A stretch of DNA of 64,000 bases, taken from contig NC_057719.1 in NCBI RefSeq assembly GCF_004010195.1, positions 66,522,066-66,586,065 on the forward strand. Reading direction: 5' to 3'. The notes beneath the pieces are model-generated. The model worked only from the letters and a program-made list of their open reading frames with translations. It was not told the origin of the DNA and made no database searches. Below are positions 11,171-25,257 of the stretch, one piece after another. A program made the position numbers and the translations under genes. Positions within the stretch are counted from its first letter, which is position 1; every line of letters starts with the position of its first letter. The DNA is from Chiloscyllium plagiosum (Eukaryota).

Positions 11171-13554
11171 GTTAGATTTACTTCAATGTTGAATAGATTT
11201 ATTACCAGGTATAGAATTACTTTAACCGTGGTTTTTTTGCCTATAGAAACTGTAGGATATCTTCAAATTAGCCTATGCTAGACAACAGTCGACTTTTTAA
11301 AATTGTACAGGGTAATCTTCACGATTCTAGTGTGTGATAATATTGTGTGATATTAGATCTCAGCCACATTACTCTCAGTTTCTGGCTTAATATTGCACAG
11401 TGAGATTTTACCTCTGAGCATTTTAATATTTAAATGTACATTTTTGGGTGAAATTTCATGTTACTTGCTGTTGTCACATTAGGTCCATAGAACTCTTGGT
11501 CACTCATCTGCTAAGTATCAGTATATCAGAAATTAGATGCAGGAATTAAATGCCCATTTACTCTGTTTGAATAGTGTATGTTACTTCCTCCCCCAGCTCA
11601 GAAGATTAACCTCTACTGAGCCAGTGTAAATGTTACATTTCCTCACACCCTGTGGTCTCCCTTATGTCAATAAAAACAAATATATGCAAATTTGATTTTA
11701 TTTTTATTACAGGCCTATGTTCTCTAGAAACCAGTTTAAAATGAGTGAATTAATTTCAAAAAAATAATTTGACAGCTTGCAGAGAAATGAAGAGGTCAAT
11801 ATTTTGGCTGGATGTTAGACCTAACTTGATTGCTAAATATATTTTTCTTACTCTTTTGATTTGTAAACAAATACAAGTAATCGTACTTAATGCTTTAGAA
11901 TGTGTGTTGGAGAAATCTGGATTATATACATCAAGTGATTTATGCTTCTGTTGGCTATAATGGGATTTTAAAGTAAAAGCCAAGAAAAATCCTTTATCTT
12001 TGTGTAGTTAATGTATTAGACAGCTCACCATCTTGTATTCTGTGTCAGTGAATAGGAAATTCTGGTCCAACTGCAAATTTCGATTCACTTTTAAATAAAG
12101 ACAAAAGTAGTAATGTTTTAACGATCCACAATTACAGTTCAGTAACATCTGCACTTTCAAAAAGGTTGTGATTTTGAAGTATAAAGAGGAGTATTGCATT
12201 GCATGTAGGATTTCATTAAATAAATCAAAGGCAGCATTTTATGTTTAGCAGATGTAACTAATTCAGTGCATAAGGTTTTAAATTTGATCAAGATGAATCT
12301 TATTGTCTCATCTTGGATTGTGATGATATGACTGTAAGTTGACTTTAATTCAAATGCAGATGAGTAAGGGTCGAAGTTACGTAGAATCAGGAGAGCAGGA
12401 ACGATGAAGTGGAATGAAAATAGGTCCATTGTGGTCCACAGTTGACCTCAATTTAATCAAGAACGAGGGCATAATTTAAACATTTGGGACCAGTATCAAC
12501 ATTTTAAATGTTATAAATAGGCCATTATGTACTATGACAGAGGTGCACATCAGAGTGGGTGACATCCAGATTGGACTAGATATAAAAAACAATCTAATTC
12601 GGCTGTTTAATTCTTCTGATATCTTTACACAGATCCACCTGGAGCCCCATAGCTCAAATACAGAGTTATACAGCTGGCAGTTACACATTTTTGAAAGACT
12701 AAAGACCAGGGACAGATTTTTTGGAGGAATTCACATCCTAAGTAAACACTGTTTGTCAATCTCATGAGGCTTTGTCTTGTATGCTGTTATCAGGAAATTG
12801 AAGGAGCACCATAGGGAACTCAAGGAGCACTCAATAAGAGACACAATAGCACCTACTATGAAATGTCTGACTTTGATTCTTTCATGTCATGCCCAAAATA
12901 GGAGAAGTGCACTGTCTCCCTCTGGTTCCTCTACTCCAGTGGTCACAACACAAATTTAAACACTTCACCCAGCTACCAAAATATTCATTGATATACTTTA
13001 TCTATTTAGAATTTAAAAATCATCAACAAAGTTCCTCTAATAAGTAACAAAATTATTAATTTTATTATGAAAGTGAGACTTGCTTTGCAAAGATATTAAG
13101 CTAATTTACAGAGTTTCATAGATGGAAATGTCATTATCCACCCTCTTAAATTGTCACTCAGACAAATAGGTAAATGGATTTCTCGGTAGAAAGTCATTGT
13201 GAGAAAAGTGAATAGTTTAACCAATAATTGTTAGTTCATGAAGGCAAAACAGGAAGGGCATGGAATGTTCAAAAGGCTATTGGACTGGTGTTCTGGCATG
13301 TGTGGACATGTCATTGGACAATTAGAGTTGGCTTTCCAATCCCACTGAAATGACTTGACTGAAACTCTAGGTTTAACCCCACCCCAAAGAGGAGGATAAG
13401 CATGTGCAGGTATGTCTTGTACTAAGAACAGTAGAGTATGATGAATGTGATAGAACAAGGGAGAAGTAAACCAAGGCAATTTCTAGATTGAGTCTCCTGA
13501 TGTCTAGTTAACTAGCGCTGATCTATTAGAAAGGTTCAGCACCATACTTTCACA

Positions 13555-13830
13555 TCTATATATAGAACAAGGGAATTTAATAAGGCTGCTCACAGAATTT
13601 AAAGGAGACTGTAGAAAGAAACCAGGGTGTACGACCTTTGCCAAACATGACGTGGATGTAGGAGAATCTGCTCCTGTAAAACAGCATCCTTATCATTTAG
13701 GCCAGGGAAAGTGGCCCAAGATGAAAGCACAAATGCAAACCCACCGAATTGAAGTCGGTCAAAGAAACCGGTATTCTGCAGTTGTATTAGTGCCTAAGGC
13801 TGATGATTCAATCTGGGGGTATCAATCAAA
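13555..13830 (+). mobile_element. Degenerate Ty3/Gypsy reverse transcriptase N-terminal fragment
   Basis: HDVDVGESAPVKQHPYHL...IE...YSAVVLVPKADDSI resembles the Gypsy RT start (PIKQ.PYR...IE.S.SPW.SPVVLVPK.DGS). Confidence 0.7.
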
Positions 13831-13839
13831 TAATTTACT

Positions 13840-15330
13840 TCAAACCTTTTAATTCCTCCATATGGGCCACTGAACCATCCTGCCTATGATTCATCAAGTG
13901 AATGTTTGGGTCTTGATGTGTTTGTCTGCCCATTCCTTCATGATTGTGAAGAAATGTTCTCAGTTGTCTCTGAGCTACTTGGCAGCTTCTCCTGACCCGT
14001 TCCCATAACTTGGACATAAAATCTTGCTTTTTCAGGGGATCTTTTATCTCACATCCATAAACTAATTCAGAAAGGCTGAAACCGGTCGATTCATTTGGTG
14101 AATGTCAGCTGACAAGCAGCAAAGAAAGTGCTTTGTTCAAATCATGTGGTTATTCATAACAGTATTCCATGATCAATAACTTTGAAGGCTTAATGGTACT
14201 GTTCTCAAGTCACTTTCCCTGGACTAAATGATAAGGATGCTGTTTTGTAGGAGAGGATTTGGCAAAGATTGTCCACTTATGGGCAGCACGGTGGTTCAGT
14301 GGTTCGTACTGCTGCCTCACAGCGCCAGGGACCCACATTAGATTCCTGCCTTGGGCAACTGTGTGTGTGGAGTTTGAACATTCTCCCCATGTTTGCATGA
14401 GTTTTCTCCGGGTGCTTTGGTTTCCTCCCACAATCCAGAGATGTGCAGGTGAGGTGAATTGGCCATGCTAAATTTCCCATATTGTTAGGTGCATTAGTCA
14501 GGTGTAAATATAGGGTAGGGGAATGGGTCTGGGTGGGTTACACTTTGGAGGGTCGGTGTGGACTTGTTGGGCCAAATGGCCTGTTTCCATACTCTAAAGA
14601 ATCTAATCTGTAGATGGTATGCTAAAGATTTTAATTGTGTCTTACTCAGATTACTTGTGGCTTTTTGAACGATTTTAGACATATTGGTAATCCATGCTGA
14701 GTGATGAAGTGAGTTAGCTTTTCTACCACCACCTTAGCAGTAATTATTCTTAAAGGAATGACACCTGGCAAGGATGTATTGGTGTCCCACATTTGTTTTC
14801 AGTAAAGCTTCACACAGTCTATTAACGCCTCACTAAATAGTTCCCTGAAAACTACTATGGAAGTTGTTCGTAGATTGTGCTGCACATACCTGGCCATGTA
14901 TGGCACGTCTTTCACTACTGCACCACATTGAAATCCTGGCCCAATGGAAGTGTTGAATCTCACATGTTTGGGTCTTCCAGGTTCCTACATGTCCTGCCAT
15001 CAGAATTTTATGAGCTGGCCTTAATATTTCTTGATAACATTTGGGCAGCACCATTATCTGGTGAGCCTTTGCCTACAGGTCTGTGAGGATGTCTCCACTT
15101 GCTCTTCACATCCCTTTTTTTAATGTAGCAGCATTGCAGAACTCCTTTGCTTTCAGTTTCAGTTTGAGCTGAATCTAGTATTTAGTGGATCAGCTAGCTG
15201 AGCCTTGACGAGAGGCTTAGTGAACTTCTCTTCAGGTTTATCCAAATTCCTGAAGAATGGTTCAGACAGCCAAATATCTGCCAATAGTGCCAATTTGTCT
15301 TTGGCCTGACTTGGCCTTTCTGTGACCAGG
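13840..15330 (-). mobile_element. Degenerate Ty3/Gypsy integrase region, interrupted by a SINE at 14281-14609
   Basis: Minus ORF VLPKCYQEILRPAHKILMAGHVGTWKT...FHW resembles the HHCC zinc-binding region of Gypsy integrases. Boundaries are approximate. Confidence 0.6.
14281..14609 (+). mobile_element. HE1/V-SINE-type tRNA-derived SINE
   Basis: A/B-box head, central gtggagtttg..ttctcccc..tttcctcccaca domain, CR1-like tail and aatct terminal repeats; six related copies are in the window. Confidence 0.85.
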
Positions 15331-15339
15331 AGAGATGCT

Positions 15340-16000
15340 ACTGCCTTGAAATTTTAGGCTGATGATGGTTGCAATTATTTCAGCCCTTGTCTTTTGCATA
15401 AAGTGCTGAACTCCCACAACATTGAGGTTGGAACCTTCACTGAGCCTTTTCTCCTGTTAATTGTTTAACTGTTTGCCACTGATCACAACTGGATGTGACA
15501 GGACTGCAAGGTGTGAGAGTGGTGGCATTGCTTAGCTCTATTTATTGCATGCTGCTCCCATGGTTTGACATGCCGTTAGTCTTGTGTTGTGTCTACAACA
15601 GGTTGACACCTTATTTTTAGATATGCTTAGGTATGCCCTCCTGTACTCATCTTTGAAAATGGATTGAACTGATGACTTGACAGTAATTGTAGGTTGGAGA
15701 TTTTCTGGGACACAAGTTTACATACTGTGGTTAAATACAATTCTGCCAGGTGTGCCTCTTGCATGCCCAGTTTTCAAATGCTGGATCTGTTCAGAATTTA
15801 TCCTACTGTAGCACAATGATAGTGCCACATAACACAATATGAAGATTCTCACTGTGAAGATGATAAGCACTGTGCGATGGCTGCTCCTACCAGTACTGGC
15901 AGGGACATATGCATCAATGACAGATATATTGATGAAGGTGAGGGTGAGTAGGATTTTTTCTCTTCTTGGCTCCCACAGCACACTGATGTCATCATGTTTC
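15340..16000 (-). mobile_element. Old degenerate non-LTR retroelement fragment (CR1/L2-like)
   Basis: Diverged LINE-like sequence with no intact ORF; family and boundaries are uncertain. Confidence 0.35.
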
Positions 16001-18039
16001 TTGTTGTTTAACACAAGTGGCTCTTCTCTTAAGAATCAATGGTGGTTAATCTTCTACCATTACTAGTTAGATAGGCCCTTAAATATAGAAAGGAGGATTG
16101 GGGGCTCTTGTGTAGAGTGACAGTGTCCCTATTTTGGTGCCAGGAGTTTAAATCCTATGTTTAAATCCCACTCCAGAAGTATATCATAACATCTCTGAAC
16201 AGGTTGATTAACAATAACTGGGAAAGAGGGTTCGTGGCAACAATCTAGCCCAACCACAATTTATGAAGCCCCATATGTTAGAAAGGAAGATTTTGTAGGA
16301 TGTCCAGCTAGGGGGTCATCCGGTTGCATTCCTTTTGGATGTTTCTGAAGCAGTTTGATAGGGCACTTCAGTGGGGGTTATAAGAATCGAGCATATTACT
16401 GTTGGTCTGGAATCATTGGCCAGATCAGGTGGTTTTCCTTCCCGAAAGGTTAGTAGGAATGTTTTTGACAACAGTGCTTCATGATCATCACTAGTGAGAT
16501 AAACTTTTAATTCCAGATTTATTAGTTAACTTTTAGTTCAACCAGCCTTCATGGTGGAATTTGAACTCTTGTCCCTAGACATTAGCCTGGATTACTAATT
16601 TGGTGACATTACCATAATGCCACTTCCTCTTCTGAGCAGTGCAGCTTTCCCTATCCAATTCTAACTACTGTCCATAACAAAATAGCGTATGAAAGTATAT
16701 TCAATGTTATAACAGTTTGAGTATCCATCTATTCTTTCCACCCAATGGACATATATTTCTGCCTTACTAGACCTTGATTGCAGAAAGAAGTTAGTTAGTT
16801 GAAGTTAGCTACAGATACTTCACACAAAAAAAATGCTTTCGAGACTTGTCCCGAAGCGGCTTGTTTCTCAGTATGAAGCGCTGCTGGCTTGAGTCTGCTG
16901 TTGGGCTGCCTGCTTCCACCGACCTGGTGGTACAGAAAGGAAAGTTACCGATGTATGTTGCCCCTAATAACATTAGTATCCAACAGAATTTTATCATTAT
17001 TTTGTTTTAGTCCTAATTTGGTGGCCCCATTGATGAGCAGGTTGGCTGGCCTGAGGACAACTTGAAGGCCCTGGAAGACAGAAATCATTATGACAAAGAA
17101 GCTATGACTAATGTTGCTTTTCAGTTTTCATTACTTCCATTGAATCTAGAGCTGTGGTCTACATTTCAGAAGAGGTGAACAGACAGGCTGATCTCGAGAA
17201 GCCTCTTAAGACCTTGGGATTCCAGTGAAGTTGCTATTTAGTTCATTGCTTTCCACAGGGAAGGTCAAATACCTGTGTTAATCCCAGATACCAGAAGGAA
17301 CAGCTGCACACTTGAGAGATACACCAGTTAGTTGTGATACAGCCTTGAAAATTAACTTCAGATTTACTGAGTTAATGCCTGGACCAGAGGGAACAAGTAT
17401 CACTGGTGGTAAATTAGAGAGGGGGTTCAAAGCAGAGGATGATATGTATGCATGTTTTGAGTTGAAATGTCTGCAATTTATCATTAGATTTGTCCTTTCT
17501 TCTTCCTTTTTTCCCTTCCTCAATTTTAATCTTAGAAATGACTAAGGAGAGAAACAATGACACAGCTCCTCCTCCTCCTTCATTTGCTTCTCTTTCACCA
17601 TCTTCTTCCAATGTCTACCACATCATCATAGGTATGATTGGGCTGCAGGAAGAAAAAGTAGACAGATAAGTGACAAATAATCTCTTAGGGTTATTGAGAT
17701 TAACTGGGAAGGAGGGTTGGTGGCAACGGTCTAGCCCAACCACAATTTATGAAGCTCCATATGTTAGAAAGAAAGATTTTGTAGGGTGTCCAGTCGGGTG
17801 GGGGGGTCATTCAGTTTCATTCCTTTTGGATGTTTTTGAAGCTGTTTGATCCAACTTATTGTCTTGCAAGGCCATTTCAGACAAAAAGGTAGTTGGAGGA
17901 GGTGGTTTATGGCCTTGTGTTTCTTCAGAGCGGCTGCCAGGGCAATAGCTGCTAACCTTCCACTGATGAGATATTGACAAACTTGCCATCTCCCAGGCAA
18001 GGGCCAAGGGATTGTCTCTAAGCTGCATCCTTTAAAGGT

Positions 18040-18410
18040 GGCTTACTCAGTGAACAGCTGCTATCACATCTCCTCTAGCCACACCTTTAGTTTCTTTGCT
18101 TATCACATTGCCACTGCCTCTGACCCACCAATTCTTTTGTGATTTAGTCTCTCCTGCCCTACCTGAATCTCAGATCTCCTTTCCATTTTTGTTCCACCAT
18201 CCCATTCCACCCCTTAACTCACCCAACTCACCTCCTTCACCGTTCACTTGTTTGAAATTTATTATGGTTCTAGCCTTTTCCAGTTTTGAGAAAAGGTCAG
18301 CAGCATAAAAAATGAACTATTTTTCTCTCTCTCTCCAGATGTTGCCAGACCTGCAGAGTATTTCCAGCATTCTCATTTCAGTTTCTTTATATAGCTGCAA
18401 TACTTTGCTT
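18040..18410 (+). mobile_element. Old Penelope-like 3' fragment (family B)
   Basis: Pyrimidine-rich tract followed by ccagatgttgccagacctgcagagtatttccagcatt, the family B terminal repeat. Confidence 0.6.
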
Positions 18411-21100
18411 CCCAATGGGTTGACTTTAAGATGATACATGTGAGTTATTGTTGTCAAGCGAGTGAGATAGTACAGGATGTCCTGAGCCAGAATGTGTTGT
18501 GGAGCTTTATTTACAGAACCTGATATTTTAAGAGATTGTAGAATATATTGATGTCTAGTGTGGGCAAGGAAAAATGAGAGGACTAAATTTCCTAACCAAC
18601 CACCATCAATATATTTAACTTTGCCGGAAACTTGTATACTCTGGCTAAATCAAAAATGGAGGTATTGTTTTTAAAGTGTGCGTGTCTTATAGAAGAGCAT
18701 GTAAATATTTTCACAAATTTAATTTGCACACTTGAAATATGTTTTTGTGTGAATACTTTAAAATATAACCAAAAGTATTTCTGAGTAACTATTTGTCACC
18801 ATTTTTGCACGTCACATTGCACGTTACAAATATGGAAAGAATTCCAAGTATATATTTAGTTATGTATCACCGTTAAATTACATTTTCTCCTCTTAATCCA
18901 TCATCATTGCTTAATTTATGTGTTACTAGACACTGCCAACCACATATTTGAGTGGTTGCAATGCTTTGGCATTACTCCAACTTCTTAACTAGAGGTTAGA
19001 TGTCGCCTATCAATAGTACTTGTGGAGTTTACAGTGTAGTCTGGTTTCTAAAGTATGCAACTCGTACCTCTGCCTGTCTCTTGATAGCAATGCAATTTTC
19101 TGCAAACTTCACTGGATCAATCTTGATGGACTGTGTACAGACAAGTATCAAATATCTGAGTGTTGCTTCCCTTTCTTTACATATTTGAATTATATTATCA
19201 GATTGCTGTATATTTTAAACGCTGCTGATTCCACTTAATGAATACAAGAAATGGATGCAATGGCCTTGTTGCCTGCAATATTATAATTTTTATATGATAA
19301 TACATGGTTTTCGCAAAACAGTGAGTTAACAACTATGGAATTCTGACTCATTTAAGTAATTCAAACAAATGAACATATAGCAGTTATAAGTTTTTACCCT
19401 TTTAATGGCATTCCTCTTTCATAGTTTGGTGTGAGCTTTCATTAAGTTTTCATATTTAGTTAACTAAGAAAATTTCAAGGTTAGCAACTAAATACAGGAA
19501 GGACTGTGAAGGGTCAGAATTAAGGGCATAAATTCAATGTCACATCAGATACAGAGAGGGAAAAATAATTGGATAATAGAGAAAATAATTAGGAAACATA
19601 AGAAGTAAAGTTTTAAAATTTGACATCTTTAAAACCTCCCTAAAAAAATTCAAAATCTGAATGAATGAGAATCCACACTCCCAAACACTTTCAGTAACAG
19701 AGAGGTTCATTTCCTGTGCTTTATAATTAGCATGTCATTAAAAGCATATTTGCGATTTCCGTGGCAAGATTTAACTTCTTGTAGTGAATACTGCAAGTTT
19801 ATACAGCAAAATGCCACAGGTTTCCAAGTAAAACAGGGAGACTGAGGAAGAGATGCTATTTTGTGAGACTAATGTGAGAGCAACGCCTCATACATTTTGA
19901 ATATTTACATTTAATAGTGTTTCTACTCTTTGCCTGAAGTTGGTGCACTGTTTACCCACAGTCAGAGGTATACACTATTTAATGTGTCATTATTTTTACA
20001 GCAACCTCTAACACAATAAATTAGAAATAGTTTAGGATTTTTTATCAAATAAGGAGATGATTGCTTAAAATTGAAGATGTTAATTTAGGGGGGATATCAT
20101 TGGTGGGCAATGATGTTACTTTAAGTTAAATTATGTTGAGTTTTAGTTAACACAAATTAGCTAGTCGAGCACAAAAGGTACCGGTTGAGACTTTTTGAAA
20201 ATCCAAACGACTTTAAAATGAATTACAGGCTTATCAAGCAAATATATCAGTTTATAATCAGAGTCCAATTAAGCATGAGTAAATCAAAAAGTCACATTTT
20301 GATAACAGGTAAGCTGCATATAAAACCACATAATGTAGGCAAATAATTCTTTCACATCACAATGGCAATTTATAATTTCTTTCTCGGTTTCCTTAGTTAA
20401 TCTACTGGAGATCCACAAAACACCTTCCACTTACACGCTCACAGGTACAATTTAATGAGAAAGCTGGTCCATCTTGTTTCAGCAGATTATATAAGAGATC
20501 TGGTGTAAGTGTGGAAGTCAACGCGTGCAGTCTCATTAATTAGTGTACGTAGGCCTCATTGGAAAATGAATCATTTTTATTATAAAGTTTATATTGACCA
20601 CCTTCTTTAATTGATCAATTGCAGAGCAGGGAGTGTATTCCACTCTCCCCACTACCCCCCCCCTCCACACCCCTAAACTTTGATTGGAAACTTGACACAA
20701 TTTTCCAACGAAGTGGCGTTCATATGAAGTAGAGATGTGAGACTCCGACAACTTGTACAAATAACTTGTCCCTGCCATCCATACCCTTGATCTTATTTTG
20801 ACATGTTCAGCAATAAGGCATACTGTAGACTAACTTTCCAGGTTGGATCGTGAGTCAATTAAATTTGGGCCTTTTTTATTTTAGTGCCGAAGTGAGATCA
20901 TTCATATGAGTGAAGCAATTAAATTATTATTTGTACATGAATATTATAGGTTTATTTATTTTCTGGAACTAATGTCAGTGTTGTTTTCATATTTGAGGGA
21001 TGCACATATTGAATTTAAGTTTGCTTTGCATGTTGTATTCTTTTTATTAAACATTATGAATATATTGTATAGAATAATAATGGGTAGATATTTATCAACA

Positions 21101-21229
21101 AAGGCAAAAGTGAGGACTGCAGATACTGGAGATTAGAGTCAAGAATGTGGTGCTGGAAAAGTACAGCAGGTCAGGCAGCATCCAAGGAGCAGGAAAATTG
21201 ACATTTTGGGCATAAGCCCTTCATCAGGA
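21101..21229 (-). mobile_element. Single-arm Penelope terminal-repeat fragment (family A) with CpG-decayed HHR
   Basis: The minus strand starts tcCTGATGAagggcttatgcccAAAATGTC. TSD tatcaaca at 21093-21100 and 21230-21237. Confidence 0.8.
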
Positions 21230-23878
21230 TATCAACATAGACAGACTTAGTTTCTGATTTATATCTGTTGTTTCATATTTGATGGTTCTAAAAATAGAAT
21301 TATCATTCTCAGTTTGTCCTGTTTAAATATAATTGTAATAACTATGCTGTGGAGATATAAGGTATATTAATTGAAGTTACTCTTTAAAAAAATTAACTCA
21401 TGAACATGTAATGTCTCATATTACATTCCTGTCTTTCCTCTGCTGTATTTGTGCCCCTGCTGCAGTCAGGAACAGAAGAGTTCCATACAACTGCCTTAAA
21501 CATTTCCCAAGTTATGTTGTCAGACATAACTGGTGGAATTATAGTGTGGCATGACTAATATGGTCTAACATTTTTTCTCACATTGTGCAACACATTTAAT
21601 TACCTAAATTTAACTCACTGAGACCCTAATGTAAGTGTTTATTGAAAGGAAGCATGCAAAATGGGCAAATAGTGGAAAATCTATTATAGCATGTAATGAA
21701 AGTATGTATACACATAAATTTTGGTATAGCTCGCAGCATTTAAGCATGAGAGGTTTTTTGAATCCCTGTGGGAATCTGTAGGAAGTACTTTGTGTTTGAG
21801 TTATGGAAATCATTTTTTTTCCTGGCTGGCACTAGGGCTTGTACATAGAAAAATTCCAAGTTAAAGCTCAAGATATAATGGCTCCATTTATTGATGTAGG
21901 AATGCAAATCCAAAATTATCAAGCACTACTTTAATATGTGCAACAAAAGTTTAAATTTATTAGTCACATTTGATGTATGTTAGCCAAATGATTATCATAT
22001 CAAAGGTTTTAAAGGTAATAACTTTTCTGTTGTCTTTTTCTTTGGAACAGTTTGAAGTAATTAATAACACATGTTTTTATTTGAAGTCTAATGTAAATTG
22101 TGCTCTTTTCAGACGTAATTTTCAAAGGTTAGTTTCACAATGTAAAATTGGGAAGCTAGACATGTCACTGCATTTTCTACTTGGATCTTGGAATGAACCC
22201 CCATCCTTACTATGCATACTTTAAAAATGTATTGTCGACCAGAGTTTAATGCTTTTTACAGAACTGTGGTTGGTACGGGAAGTGAGATAGAATGAAAAAC
22301 CACATGAGAAGTATAGTATTTGACATTTATTCTTAAGTTTTATGTTTCAAGATTCATGGCTTCTAAGCAAAGAAAATTAAAATGCTCTATAGTGGTGCAG
22401 AATTATCATAGTGAAGAAAGCCATGTCAGTACATTAGCTGAAATAATTATGTTTGCACCTTAACTTTTTTTTAGTTATTTAGTCTAAAAAAGTTATCATT
22501 GAATAATCTTAATCTATTTAATGTTATTAAGATGCATTGATAGCCATGCTTTGAATCTGAGGGCAGTTACAAATTCATGTAATAATGGAAAACATTATCT
22601 TCTGTTTTGCTAATGATGTGCTTTGCACTGCTACAATAACAAATGTTTAAAATATTTGTTGCAGTACTAAGCGTTACTCCAAGTGGATTTTTTTAAACAA
22701 ACAGTTTAATATCATTTCTGTGTTTATTATTTCTTTCAATGCCAGATTAGGCTATAAAGGACTGTAAACATATTTTCCTGTGTAATTAATACCACTTCAA
22801 TCCTTCATTGAAAGTTAAGTATGTTAACTTGTATTTCATTGATTGCAGCTTTTTAATCTAAATTATATCTGTGTAATCTCATGGCCTCAAGCAAGGCATA
22901 TCTAATAGGATAGTGACAACCTAGGCATTTGCCCCAAAATGAGGTCAAACGGAAGGTCATTAAAAGGTGTACAAATTACATATAGTTAAAGACTGCAATT
23001 ATCTCTTTGAAAACTTATTCTGTTGCCAAGTATGGAAATTCAGCAAGCACATATGCAGTTTTCAGTGATGACTATTCAAAACTACTTCAGGGTTGCTTTG
23101 ATGCAAGACTGAACTTATAAGTAAAGGTACTTGATAGTATTTGATATAAAGATGTACTTTTTCTAAAGTCTGCATCGGCAGAATTTGTGGCTTTCAGTTT
23201 TGCAAATTATTGATTCTTATGTCCACTATCTTTTGAAATATGAATTTCACTTCTGAATGTGTCATTTCACTTGGGTGTACATGATATGCTTTCAGCCCAT
23301 GGTTTTGTTCAGAATTTATTCCTCAATTGCATAAATAGGGGCATTTCCAGTAATGCACACATTCCAGAAAGAGTTTTTTTTTCAAAAAAAGAACAATCTC
23401 AAGAAGTGGATGAATAACTTTGGTTTTGCTGTTCCTATGACCAATCCGTCAAGTTACTGTATCGATAGACATCAGGGTCGATGTTCTTATCACTCCTTTT
23501 GTTCTCAATTTGTTCAGCCTCCAAATCCAACTTTTTGATTTTGTCTTAATGGACTAATATCTAGCAATGTTTTCTTTTACAATCCACTTCCTAATAAAGA
23601 TACAGGTGATTAACTGTCTCTATGCTTTATATCAAAAACTGTTCTGCCTGGTACATTGCATTGTGTAATACTGTGTGCTAAAACTTAACCCCTTTCTGCT
23701 AATCTCTGCTACGAAGACTTTATAGGAACTCTTGTGGATTTCACATGATTGTGCATCCATTAATTTAAATTATAATTGCAATGTTGTGATATTGAAAAAA
23801 GGTAAGGAAGTACAGAGTTTTAGTTCTTACAGTCTTTAAAAAGAACTAGCAAATTTGACTGGCTGGAGAATGAGTATT

Positions 23879-24089
23879 CGTCCCAGACCCATTGGCCTAC
23901 TCTATCCCTGTAACCTTGCCTTCCCCATGGCTAGTCCACTTAATCTGCACATCTTTAGACTGTGGGAGGAAACCCATGCAGACATGGGGAGAACATGCAG
24001 GCACCACACAGACAGTCGCCCGAAGGTAGAATTGTACCCTGATTTCTGGCACAGTGGGGTAGCAGTGCTAACCACTTAGCCACCATGCC
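23879..24089 (-). mobile_element. HE1/V-SINE-type SINE (internally deleted)
   Basis: Reverse complement of the SINE head and V domain (agcagtgctaaccac, gactgtgggaggaaacc). Confidence 0.8.
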
Positions 24090-24559
24090 TGCCTTTGCAC
24101 TCCGACCTCCTGGCCACTGCTCAGCAGTTTACAGCAGTGCAGATGAAATGAGGCCCTTAATTGCCACTTAATTGGACATTAAGGAGCTCTATAGGCCTAT
24201 AGTATGATTAGCCTAGTTGGCACCTTACCCAATCCATGTATCATGGGTAATGGTTCAGGGCCAGGGAGGAAGGACATGGCTGATCACCTGATATATTTTA
24301 TGTACACACCTCAAGCCACTGACGGAACAAAGAGGCATAAAATTCAGCCCTATGATTCCATTGTTTAAAAATCTGGAAATGGCTGTTAAAAGTGCTAATT
24401 ATCAACACATCATAAATTTGTAAATGTCACTAACATCCCAGATCCAATTAGAGAATTGCTATGGATTAGTCCTCCAAATGTATGTAATATTTTCAAGCGT
24501 TTTGTTGTCTGGGTTAGTAAATCTTGTAAACAAAATCATTCTCTTTTTAAAGAAAAGTA

Positions 24560-25257
24560 TCCAGGTCCTGGAAATACTAAAGTACATCCTGGATAAGGAA
24601 CTTCAGTTGAATGGAAAGCTTGGAAAAGCTGGGAGTGTTCTCTCCCACAGCAAAAAACAAATGTTTAGTTTATGAAAGATTAATAGAGAGCAAGAGAGAA
24701 ACTATTTTCTCAATCAAGTGTATCAGTAATCAGAAGCTAGAGATTGAAAGTAATTGCCCACGGAACAGAACGGGAAATGGGAAGTAATGTTTTCACACAA
24801 AGTTAATAAGATCTGGAAGCAGCTGTGATGTATGGACTTTGCAAAGAGGATGGATATTTACTTGATATATACTCAAATAACAAGGAAAAAGACATGAATA
24901 TGGAATGATATTAGACTTTGAGTGTGATGATAGGTTGAATAATCTTTAAGGCGGTAGAATCCTATTGTTCTAATGGTTTAGGGTGAGAAGAGAAAGATTT
25001 AAAAGTGACCTAAGGGGTAAATATTTCACACAGGGGGGTGGCGCATTTATGGAATGAGCTGCCAGAGGAAGTGGAGGAGGGTGGTACAATTACAGCATTT
25101 AAAAGGCATCGGGATGGGTATATGATTAGGAAGGGTTTAGAAGGATATGGGTTAAGTGCTAGCAAATGGGACTAGGTAAATTTAGGACATCTGGTCGGCA
25201 TGGATGAGTTGGACCGAAGGACCTGTTTCCATGCTGTACATCTCTATGCTTCTATGA
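24560..25257 (+). mobile_element. Two adjacent CR1-type LINE 3' fragments (old ~24560-24950, younger ~24975-25257)
   Basis: tggaatgagctgccagaggaagtgg...tttaaaaggcat...ttggaccgaaggacctgtttccatgctgtacatctctatg. Confidence 0.8.

Noticed and set aside
16300..16320. CTCF-like site ccagctagggggtca
   Set aside because: The spacing deviates from the CTCF core and the paralogous copy at ~17790 does not preserve it.
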